A DNA stretch of 32,000 bases from an uncultured Chloroflexia bacterium. GTDB lineage: Bacteria; Chloroflexota; Ktedonobacteria; Ktedonobacterales; JADMIN01. Below are positions 9,872 to 18,208 of this stretch, piece after piece; position 1 is the first letter of the stretch, and each line of letters opens with the position of its first letter. Below the pieces are notes generated by a model. It saw only the letters and a program-made list of their open reading frames with translations. It was not told the origin of the DNA and did no database searches. The stretch spans positions 870,001 to 902,000 of the forward strand of contig CAVRAI010000004.1 in assembly GCA_963718915.1 (NCBI GenBank), written 5' to 3'. The translations under genes were made by a program, and so were the position numbers.

Positions 9872-11514
9872 GTGCAGAGACAACAATGCGTTGTGAAGAT
9901 GTAGCGCCGTACCTGTCCGCATTCACTGACGGTGAATTGCCAGAGCCATTGCGCTCCGAGGTTGCCGAGCACGTCGGTACCTGTGAGGCCTGTTCCGCTA
10001 CCCTCGTTCGCTACGGTGAAATCGATACCCTACTGGCTGGCATGCCGCGTAGCACACCGCCTCCCGAGGCGCTCGACGAAATTCTGACGGTGGTTGCCGC
10101 AGAAGGCGAGCAGTTAGATCGTCGGCAAGCAATGCGGTCGACGTGGGGACTGACCACTTTCAAGCGCAAGTTGGTTGAGCTCGATATGCCAGCGAGCGAC
10201 AAGCCGCCTTTGCAAATCAGGCCGACGAACCGTTCGCGGTGGGTCTCGATTGCGATTCCTGCGATCGCAGCGATGCTGCTGGTGAGTGTGGCGCTGGTAA
10301 CGTTCCGCTGGCTGCCGAATACGAGCCAGATCAATCCTCCGGTCCAGCAGCCGACGGCCACCCCTGCGCCCGGCAATATCACATTGGCGGAAACAAATGC
10401 GACCGTCATGGCGATACAGACGCAACTGGCGTTCAAGCCTATCTTGCCAACCTATCTCCCTGATGGCGCAACGCTCTATGCTATTGCCATAGGTCCGCAG
10501 CGCGACTCCGAGATCAGCGAGCATTATCTTGATATCTACTGGAATATCAATGGTCCAGGCGGCGCGGTCAACACGATTCACTTGCACGAAGCGTCAAGCA
10601 AACTGGGCCTGGCTGGCTATTCAATTGCATCAATTACCTCGCAGGTGGCGTGGCAGATCGGGAACGCACCGTGGCAACAGATACTTGTAAACGCTACGCC
10701 GAAAAACTTGGCGGTAGCGCAGCTTCGCGCGGGAGTAGCCATCGCGCTCGATGTCTCGACACCATCCACTGGTCCGCAGGCAGCGGCGGGACAGACCATG
10801 CTGCGTCTCATGAGCCTCTCCATGGATTCACGCTATGTGGTCATGCCAACTGCGCCGGATGAGACCACCGCGCGCATTTTGCCGATACCATATCAAGATA
10901 TGGTTGCGCACTACACTGTAGTGGCACTCAATGGCAATGGCGCGATTGCATGGCGCGAAGATGCATACGTGGCGCCATGCGCCTCTACGGCGGATCCATG
11001 TCAGGTGCGCGAAGCGTATTCGCTTGGGGCTAACGGCGCTTTACTCTACACAGATATCTCCAGTGGCCAGCGTTTGCTGCACCTCGACGACGCGCAGCAA
11101 ACCTATACCTGGCAGCCGGTGTTTCCGGCGGATCAGGGCGCGAACCTGAACGGAACGGCGCTGCCAACACTGTTCTATAACGCCAATACCTACCTCACTA
11201 CCGGCATACTCTGGTATTTGAATGAAACCAACTACAGTGGGCAAAGGGTCTACGATCTGCTCTGGACGAGCGCGCCCACGCGCACCCATGTCTACGTCAG
11301 CACCGCAACACATCAGGTGGTGGCAATGGCAGTGGAGAAGAACGCGAAAATCCAGACGGGTGGGCCGATTGCCGGAACCGGTTCGCTGAGTTGCACGCGC
11401 TATACGATGATCGAATATCTCACCTCTAATGCTTCGACGGATGCGTTGCTTGCTCAGAATATTCCCGCTAGTTATGTACAAAGTCAGGAGACGGCGCTCA
11501 ATTTGACCTGCTGA
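9868..11514 (+). CDS. Anti-sigma factor (zf-HC2 type) with one TM and a large extracytoplasmic domain
   Basis: The start overlaps the sigma-factor stop (ATGA at 9868-9871). The N-terminus CEDVAPYLSAFTDGELPEPLRSEVAEHVGTCEAC carries the H-x3-C-x2-C zinc motif. The TM is WVSIAIPAIAAMLLVSVALVTF, followed by about 400 aa that I cannot assign to a domain. Confidence 0.8.
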   Translation: MSAETTMRCEDVAPYLSAFTDGELPEPLRSEVAEHVGTCEACSATLVRYGEIDTLLAGMPRSTPPPEALDEILTVVAAEGEQLDRRQAMRSTWGLTTFKRKLVELDMPASDKPPLQIRPTNRSRWVSIAIPAIAAMLLVSVALVTFRWLPNTSQINPPVQQPTATPAPGNITLAETNATVMAIQTQLAFKPILPTYLPDGATLYAIAIGPQRDSEISEHYLDIYWNINGPGGAVNTIHLHEASSKLGLAGYSIASITSQVAWQIGNAPWQQILVNATPKNLAVAQLRAGVAIALDVSTPSTGPQAAAGQTMLRLMSLSMDSRYVVMPTAPDETTARILPIPYQDMVAHYTVVALNGNGAIAWREDAYVAPCASTADPCQVREAYSLGANGALLYTDISSGQRLLHLDDAQQTYTWQPVFPADQGANLNGTALPTLFYNANTYLTTGILWYLNETNYSGQRVYDLLWTSAPTRTHVYVSTATHQVVAMAVEKNAKIQTGGPIAGTGSLSCTRYTMIEYLTSNASTDALLAQNIPASYVQSQETALNLTC

Positions 11515-11599
11515 TCGTTCTCTCGTTGAGTCTGCACTGCCTTGACTTGTCGATTTATAATGTAAATGCACGACTTTCAATGTAGCTTGTTAAGAGGAA

Positions 11600-12187
11600 A
11601 TGCAGGTGAGCGTCTTGGTGTCATCGGATTTGATTACTACTTATCCTGACCGGCAGTTTCGAACCGGTGAAGGATCGACTGGTACAGGTTGGCTGCCTGA
11701 CACTGTCTATAGTCAGGCGCTCGATGCGCTCGTCATTGCATGCGTTGATGTGATGCCGTTCTATCGTGGACGCATGCTCATCGGTCGTCGCAGATGGCAG
11801 CCGCAGGCAGATTGGTGGATATTCGGCGGCCGCATGCGCAAAGGTGAGCTTTACCAACAGGCTGCGGAGCGCAATATCATGCGCGAGCTATTTTCTTCCA
11901 GTGACAATCATATTATCGAGCTGGACCGCTTTCGGACGGTAGGGATATACAACCTCATTTGGGATCAACGGGCGCAAGAGCCCTCAAATGCGGGATGCCA
12001 GCACATCAGTGTGGCAATGATGATACGGCTGACACGCCAGGAGGCTAGCAGCATCAGACCCAATGAAGAATTCAGTGAGACGCAATGGGTCCATCCTCAT
12101 GACATATTCGCCAGAGCGGATCTCCATCATCCGTGCTTGGTGCAAATGACAAGGGATGCCCTTCGCATCCTTACCTCCAGCAGGTGA
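11600..12187 (+). CDS. Nudix-fold hydrolase-like protein (GDP-mannose mannosyl hydrolase-like, degenerate Nudix box)
   Basis: LPDTVYSQALDALVIACVDVMPFYRGRMLIGRRRWQPQADWWIFGGRMRKGELYQQAAERNIMRELF parallels the Gmm/WcaH-type Nudix layout. G-x5-E-x7 is present, while R-E is replaced by R-N. The start is ambiguous (ATG 11600 or GTG 11606). A TATAAT hexamer lies at 11556-11561. Confidence 0.55.
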   Translation: MQVSVLVSSDLITTYPDRQFRTGEGSTGTGWLPDTVYSQALDALVIACVDVMPFYRGRMLIGRRRWQPQADWWIFGGRMRKGELYQQAAERNIMRELFSSSDNHIIELDRFRTVGIYNLIWDQRAQEPSNAGCQHISVAMMIRLTRQEASSIRPNEEFSETQWVHPHDIFARADLHHPCLVQMTRDALRILTSSR

Positions 12188-12240
12188 AGCACAATTTATA
12201 TGGGTCGTTTGCCCTGTGTAGCTCCGCCTAGACAGCACCT

Positions 12241-15200
12241 TTACTCGTCAATTGCGCCAAGCGCCATGAGTGTTATCTTCTGCGCGTCATTCAGCCCGGT
12301 GATTCCGCGAATATTCATGCCCTCATACAGGCGCGCACTGCGTAATGAATGCGCAAGCTTCTTGTTATTGACATCCCAGACTTTGCAGGCGCCGTCATCA
12401 CTCCCGCTTGCGAGCAGAGTGCCAGTTGGGTTAAAAGCTACTACCCACACAGAGTCTTGATGACCAGTGAGGGTTGCGAGATTCTGGCCGGTGTAACTGT
12501 TCCAGATGCGAACGGTATGGTCGTGGCTGCCGCTTGCAAGCCGGAGTTGGTCGGGGCTAAAAGCGAGAGCCCAGGTCGGCTTTGTATGTCCATTCAAGAG
12601 GTGCGAACATGCGCCAGTCGCAGTGTCCCAAAGGCGGATCGTCCCATCCTCGCTGCTGCTAGCGAGCAGGGCGCCATCCTGGCGAAAAGCTATCGCCCAG
12701 ACAGGATGTGTATGACCACGCAGCACATGAAGACACTCTCCCGTTTCTGCACTCCAGATACCCACGGTAGTGTCTTCACTGCCAGTGGCGAACAAACTGC
12801 CATCTGGACTGAACGCAATAGACCAGATGCGGTGCAGGTGTCCTTTCAGGATATGTACGACTTCGGCAGATTGCACATCCCATAGGCGCGCTGTGCTATC
12901 GTCGCTGCCGCTGCCAACCAGTAATCCCGTTGGACTGAAAGCAACAGCACGTATGCGGTTGGTATGGCCCTCCAGAACCCTGGCAAGCGGTGTTTCAACA
13001 TCCCACAAGCGCACCGTATTATCATCGCTCCCAGTGACAATGAGCGATCCATTTGGGCTAACCGCGACCGACTTGACACGATTGGAATGACCAGATAACA
13101 GGCGAAGCTTTCTGCCAGATGGCAGTGTCCAGGCGCAACTCGTGTTGTCATCGCTTCCACTGACGATGAAATTATCGTTGGGGCTGTATGCCAGGGCGCG
13201 GATGTACGTTCTGTGCCCAGATAGGACAGCCTCGATGGTTCCACTGACAGGATTCCAGAGGCGCACAGATCGATCCGCTGTTGCAAGCTGGTTCCCCCCT
13301 GGACTAAACGAGACGGCCCTGATGCCATTGTTATAACCTTGTAACGTCGTCATCCTATTGCCAGATGCGGTGTCCCACAGCCGCACTGTCTGGTCATGGC
13401 TTCCACTGGCCAGGACTGCTCCATCTCGATGGTAGCGGACGGAATTTACCCAGTTACCGTGACCTTGCAATACTCTGGTCGTCTCGCATGTCGTCATGCT
13501 CCATATTCGGATATGACTATCGGCGCTAGCGCTGGCAAGGAATGCTCCGTCAGGCGAAAAAGTCAGCGAGCAGATCCAGCCACTATGGCCTTGTAGCGTC
13601 TTGATGTGTTTCCCACTCGCCGTGTCCCATAGGAATATATGTGTATCATCACCACCGCTGGCGATGACGCAACCATCTGGACTGACTGCCAGCGACCACA
13701 CCGGGCGATTGTGGCCTACTAGCGGAGGCAATTTTTCTGCGCGATCTGCGACATCCCACACACGAACCGTAGAGTCATCACTACAACTCACCAACGTCTT
13801 CCCATCAGGTGTAAAGGCAACCTCTCGCACAGGATGTGTGTGGCCCTCAATGAAGCCAATCAGTTCACCTGACCCGATATCCCAGAGGCCAATGCGATTG
13901 TCTTCCCCCGCGCTTGCCAGCACTTTCCCATCTGGGCTGAAGGCAACAGATCGTATGCGTTTCGTGTGACCGCGGAGGATATAGAGATGTCTGCCGGACG
14001 AGGTGTCCCAGAGTCGTATCGTACAGTCGCTGCTGCCACTGGCAAGTAAACGGCAATCCGGGCTGTAGTCCAACCCCCACACCCAATCGGTATGCCCAGT
14101 ATACGTTGCCAGTGGCATACCATCACTGGCTCGCCAGAGTCGAATTTCCCCGGTTCCAGTTCCGGCAGCAATCACTGCGGTCTCGAATGGGTCGTTGCTG
14201 AAAGCCACCGAGAGAACATTGCCGAACATATCTGTGAACACCGATTGTTCAAAAGACGCATCGGCAAAGTTCACGTCAACCAGGCTTGATTCGCGGAGGT
14301 ATGCCTGCCGAATAGAGAGAAGCGAGAAGTCACGACCGCTGAGATCTATGCCCAGGTGGATCATGAGGTTGAGAATGTTGCCGGCGGCATATCCCGGCAA
14401 TGTCATAGGCTGCTGCTGAAGTTGCTTGGTCAGTCCCCCAAGATTCCGCTCGCAGGCGGTCAAGCCTATACTACCCTTCAGAGTCTGAAGAATGGGATCG
14501 AGAAACACACGGCGATGAACGTCACGAATATAGTCCTTTGCCAACGCGAGCATCACGGCATGGCTGTTCAGCAATCCTATGCGCTCATCAGTAATCTCGG
14601 CGGCAATCTGTTCGATGAGTCGTGCAGACATATACTCGATCAACACTGGTTGCAACGTAAATGCCTCGCCTACGCGCTGCAGTGGCAGAGCTTGCTGCAG
14701 GGTCTGCAGCGTTGAAGGAAGCTCCTGTCTTGATTTCGGTGAGATGAGAACTCCTTTTAGCTCATCGAGCGAGACGGGTTCGCGCATTATGGCAAGCCAG
14801 TATAAAATCTCCTTCTGCAAATCAGAGAATCGCTGAAAGTACCATCGAAGTAGTTTGTCCAGGTCTTTAAACAACCTGTTTTCGTTTCTTAGGAACGCCG
14901 AAATATTCCCCCCGTACGCAGCCAGAATATGGCGTGCCGCCAGGTCGAGCGCTAATGGGCTTCCTTCATACTGCTGTGTAAGCTGCTTCCAGTCTTCCTC
15001 TTCGCCCTTGAATGAGTCATCAATGCGCTCAAAGATTGCTTTACATCCGGCGACATCTATGCCACTGAGCAGTTGGGTACGTAACGGGCCAGATTTCGTC
15101 TCCATCTGTGCGATTTCTTCGGGTTTCTCTCGACTTGTCAGCAACAAACAACTCTGGTGTGGTAGCCCAGCAAATTGACGCAAAAGTTTCCCATAATCTT

Positions 15201-16014
15201 CATAGCCTGCCTGGTATCGTCCGATATCCGTCCCACCACGCATGATGGTTTCGAGGTTGTCGAGAATGATGAGGCACTTGCGCTGATGCAGGTATGAGAA
15301 CAACACTTCCAGGAGTTCATCTACTGACTCGGGAAGGTCAACCTCTTGCTGATCGGAGACGAAGACAATGAGTTGTCGCAAGATATCATCGAGGGTGGGA
15401 GCGCCAATGAGTGTCCGCCAGATGACGTAATCGAAGCGCTGAGACAGTTGCTGTCCAGACACTGCATCCTGGCTGCCTCTTGCGAAGGTAACGGTAAGAT
15501 TTGTTTTTCCAATCCCGCGCATCCCGATTGTTGCCACCACACGACAACGGTCGTCGACAATCAGTTGTTTCAGCGCTGCCAGTTCTTCTCCACGGCTGAA
15601 GAGCAGTGACGCCGTTGGCGCACCGCCCCAATCGTGGTGCTTGATCTCCGCATGATCGGTATCCGCCTCATCTGCTATGCCAAACTCAGGGGCTCCGGTG
15701 ACTGCTCCGCCAGTCAGCTTGCGCTTTTTTCCACCAGATTTAAGCGCCCTCCATGCCATTTCAACCTGATCACGTTCCTCATCGGAAAGTAGGAGTGCAT
15801 CAATCAGTCTGCTTATTGTATCGTAGCGCGGCGCTTTGTTCACGCCGCGCTCGAGATCGCTAATGGTGGTCTCCGCGACATTCGACGCGAGGGCCAAATC
15901 CTTCTGCTTCAGCCCTATCCGCGTTCGGCGCGTGCGAATTAATTCGCCGAGTGTCAGATCAAGAGTGGACGCGCCTTGATGTCCAGGTGGTGTTCCATGG
16001 TGATTGATGGGCAT
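12241..16014 (-). CDS. STAND NTPase: XRE-type HTH + NB-ARC/AP-ATPase + pentapeptide repeats + about 15 WD40 repeats
   Basis: The HTH is LGELIRTRRTRIGLKQKDLALASNVAETTISDLERG. The P-loop is VVATIGMRGIGKTNL (about 15500-15530) and Walker B is CLIILDNLE. The NB-ARC-type signature HQSCLLLTSREKP is present. Seven pentads run RDFSL LSIRQ AYLRE SSLVD VNFAD ASFEQ SVFTD. About 15 units of GH..V.SVAFSPDG..LASGS.D.T.RLWD follow, then the tail LYEGMNIRGITGLNDAQKITLMALGA. Confidence 0.9.
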   Translation of the reverse strand: MPINHHGTPPGHQGASTLDLTLGELIRTRRTRIGLKQKDLALASNVAETTISDLERGVNKAPRYDTISRLIDALLLSDEERDQVEMAWRALKSGGKKRKLTGGAVTGAPEFGIADEADTDHAEIKHHDWGGAPTASLLFSRGEELAALKQLIVDDRCRVVATIGMRGIGKTNLTVTFARGSQDAVSGQQLSQRFDYVIWRTLIGAPTLDDILRQLIVFVSDQQEVDLPESVDELLEVLFSYLHQRKCLIILDNLETIMRGGTDIGRYQAGYEDYGKLLRQFAGLPHQSCLLLTSREKPEEIAQMETKSGPLRTQLLSGIDVAGCKAIFERIDDSFKGEEEDWKQLTQQYEGSPLALDLAARHILAAYGGNISAFLRNENRLFKDLDKLLRWYFQRFSDLQKEILYWLAIMREPVSLDELKGVLISPKSRQELPSTLQTLQQALPLQRVGEAFTLQPVLIEYMSARLIEQIAAEITDERIGLLNSHAVMLALAKDYIRDVHRRVFLDPILQTLKGSIGLTACERNLGGLTKQLQQQPMTLPGYAAGNILNLMIHLGIDLSGRDFSLLSIRQAYLRESSLVDVNFADASFEQSVFTDMFGNVLSVAFSNDPFETAVIAAGTGTGEIRLWRASDGMPLATYTGHTDWVWGLDYSPDCRLLASGSSDCTIRLWDTSSGRHLYILRGHTKRIRSVAFSPDGKVLASAGEDNRIGLWDIGSGELIGFIEGHTHPVREVAFTPDGKTLVSCSDDSTVRVWDVADRAEKLPPLVGHNRPVWSLAVSPDGCVIASGGDDTHIFLWDTASGKHIKTLQGHSGWICSLTFSPDGAFLASASADSHIRIWSMTTCETTRVLQGHGNWVNSVRYHRDGAVLASGSHDQTVRLWDTASGNRMTTLQGYNNGIRAVSFSPGGNQLATADRSVRLWNPVSGTIEAVLSGHRTYIRALAYSPNDNFIVSGSDDNTSCAWTLPSGRKLRLLSGHSNRVKSVAVSPNGSLIVTGSDDNTVRLWDVETPLARVLEGHTNRIRAVAFSPTGLLVGSGSDDSTARLWDVQSAEVVHILKGHLHRIWSIAFSPDGSLFATGSEDTTVGIWSAETGECLHVLRGHTHPVWAIAFRQDGALLASSSEDGTIRLWDTATGACSHLLNGHTKPTWALAFSPDQLRLASGSHDHTVRIWNSYTGQNLATLTGHQDSVWVVAFNPTGTLLASGSDDGACKVWDVNNKKLAHSLRSARLYEGMNIRGITGLNDAQKITLMALGAIDE
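12340..14230 (-). repeat. Tandem coding repeats of about 126 nt (WD40 blades) inside the STAND gene
   Basis: Reading the protein gives about 15 consecutive WD40 units. They also generate the run of long antisense ORFs on the plus strand in the ORF track. Confidence 0.85.
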
Positions 16015-16612
16015 CGCGACCCCCGATTTTCATGGTCTGGATGAGAGGAATATTACCAATAGTAGCACACACGCTCCCTAACTATTAGCGTTATCCTGCA
16101 CTCCAAAGTGATTATATCAGTCATCGGCTTCAAGTCACGGGGCGTAAAAATGGCAGTGTCTGGGGGAAAGTGTAATTTTTTCGACTTGCTTGGATTGCCA
16201 AAGTTGGAAGTAAACCGGCTTTATCCCCAGGATTATTTTCAATGCTGACAGTACACTTCTCTTGTCAGTTTGAGCGTCCTGTCTCGCAGGACGAGGCGCG
16301 CAGTCGTGCTGTGTGTCTCATCAATGGCCACCGTTGCCATGTTTAACAGAGGCAGGTCGCTCAGTTACGCACGGTTCCAGTTTTTTAGAGTAGTTGGAGG
16401 TACCAATGGTATTCAACCGCGATCCCCCTTTCCCTCCGCTGCGCACTGTGCCCGCTTCGCGCATAGGGAAAGAGCAACGAAGGTCTAAGGTGTTCGAAGT
16501 CTCACCTGCGTAACCTTAGACCCCGCTCGAAAAAGCATCTCAAAACAGCCAGCCCGGTTGGACTGGTATAGCCGATCACGCTCGCCAGAGCTATGAATTG
16601 GAGACACTTTCA

Positions 16613-16840
16613 ATGACCAGTGTACACGCCTCAGCCACCATCGTGCAACAGATGCGAAAGGTTATCGTCGGCGCCTTGATTACCTTTTGTTTGCTTGGAG
16701 CGCTACTGTGGATCAATTCCACGAATACCTTCCAGGTTGCAAGCGAACATCCGTCGAATCAACTGACGCCAGTCCAGGTTGCCCCTTTGTTGGACTCAAC
16801 CCCGAATGCGAAGTGCGGTGGTATTGTAGCGCCGTGCTGA
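16613..16840 (+). CDS. Small (75 aa) single-TM protein, unassigned
   Basis: ATG 16613 lies 9 nt after GGAG (the track ORF starts at TTG 16598). The N-terminus is MTSVHASATIVQQMRK, followed by the TM VIVGALITFCLLGALLW, and the protein ends ...NAKCGGIVAPC. Support is only the ORF, the RBS and the TM logic. Confidence 0.4.
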   Translation: MTSVHASATIVQQMRKVIVGALITFCLLGALLWINSTNTFQVASEHPSNQLTPVQVAPLLDSTPNAKCGGIVAPC

Positions 16841-17014
16841 GCCAGGGCGCCCTGTAACTGCGCTCGTTAGATGTGTCAATACTTCCGAGTCAATTGAGCC
16901 AAATGGCTTCTGGCTTGGAAGTATTGAATTTTGTGTGCTTCTGAACCATACTTACCTTGTTTTTACCTTGTCTCCGCTGAGGCTCTCTCTCGTGCTACCA
17001 TATTTTGGAGCAAT

Positions 17015-18175
17015 ATGCCTTTGGAGGTCTTCCCAATGTTCGATTGCTCTCTTGATTATCCAGATCAACTCTGGTGGCACGACGAAGATAACTATAATCC
17101 TAACGTGGGTATTCTCCTCTATCAGGCCGATATTGAGATCAGAAAGCGCGATCATAGCGCCGAGGCATATCGGCATGCAATGAGGATTATTAAAGGCTGG
17201 CGCGATGAGAAGATGTCGCTTCGCCAGCGCATGCGCATCTATTATTTGATCGCTCGTGCTGATGATGCTATCGGAATGACTAGCAAGGGGATAGAATCGG
17301 TTGATCAAGCGCTATCCCTTGCCTTTGAACTAAAAAGCCACTTCGATGTGAGCAAGTTGCTGTATCATCGCGCCAGGATGAACCGCTCAGAATTATTCCT
17401 TGCCCGTGCCGCCGAAGACGCTCGCGACTGCATGATGATCATTGATGAGCACGCATATCACCTCGTTGTTGAAAACGTCTCCTCTGCTCGGCTGCAACTT
17501 CTTCCGCAGCTTGCCACGTACGAATTCTACTTGAGCGATTTCAAGGCGGCGAAGGCGCACATCTCTGCGGCGCGGAAACTTATTGCGCGCACGCCAGATG
17601 CAAGTCTGCCAGCAGCGGCTACGGCGTGGGTCCAGGTGAATATGGATATTCTCAAACGCCGTCCTGGACTGGCGCTAGCCCCATCACTCCAGATTTCCGA
17701 GATTTACGCGCTCAAGGGCAATCCACTTTCATACGAGCGCGCGGAAATTCTTGCTGCACAGGCAGCATTGGCGTTTGCGGAATCCCTGCCTGTGGGCACG
17801 TATCGCGATTTGGCCATCGAGATGGCGCTTCCACATATCGCTAACGCGGAGCATCTGGCCGAGACATTACATGACCGTCCTGGTCAAGCTCTCTGCCAAC
17901 TTGAGCGAGCGCACTTTGATCGCCTGGCCAACCGCAATAGCGGAAGAAAAAGTATGATTCTGGGTGTGATACAGTTCGCGGATGACATCGACGATGTCGC
18001 CGTTTTGGCCCAGGCACACGTCATGCTTGGCGATGAATTCACTGCCTTAGGTGAATTTGAACTGGCAAATGGGTGTTACCGAGCCACGCTAGATCTGTTG
18101 CGCGACACCGAGATACCGGCACTGGGAATACCGGCACGTCGTGTGCTGGACGAACAGGATGAATTCCAGTTATGA
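17015..18175 (+). CDS. Hypothetical all-helical (TPR-like?) repeat protein
   Basis: The ORF spans 16931-18175. ATG 17015 with GGAG 5 nt upstream is the preferred start. The sequence is rich in amphipathic helical stretches (AEAYRHAMRIIKGW, RMRIYYLIARADDAIG, FELANGCYRATLDLL). I recognise no catalytic motif. Confidence 0.6.
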   Translation: MPLEVFPMFDCSLDYPDQLWWHDEDNYNPNVGILLYQADIEIRKRDHSAEAYRHAMRIIKGWRDEKMSLRQRMRIYYLIARADDAIGMTSKGIESVDQALSLAFELKSHFDVSKLLYHRARMNRSELFLARAAEDARDCMMIIDEHAYHLVVENVSSARLQLLPQLATYEFYLSDFKAAKAHISAARKLIARTPDASLPAAATAWVQVNMDILKRRPGLALAPSLQISEIYALKGNPLSYERAEILAAQAALAFAESLPVGTYRDLAIEMALPHIANAEHLAETLHDRPGQALCQLERAHFDRLANRNSGRKSMILGVIQFADDIDDVAVLAQAHVMLGDEFTALGEFELANGCYRATLDLLRDTEIPALGIPARRVLDEQDEFQL

Positions 18176-18208
18176 GGCCCTTGTCTTCTTCAGAAGGGCG
18201 CGCGCTTT

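Noticed and set aside
12340-14230. Periodic ~126-nt repetition considered as a possible CRISPR or other non-coding array
   Set aside because: The period equals one WD40 blade (about 42 codons). The repeats are divergent at the DNA level and lie in one long open frame. There is no short conserved direct repeat separated by unique spacers.
12349-14715. A run of plus-strand ORFs (12349-12885, 12770-13090, 13601-13969, 14356-14715 and others) antisense to the STAND gene
   Set aside because: They mirror the periodic WD40 coding repeats of the minus-strand gene. They have no RBSs and give low-complexity Ser/Leu/Arg/Pro-rich translations. The minus-strand frame has unmistakable domain motifs.
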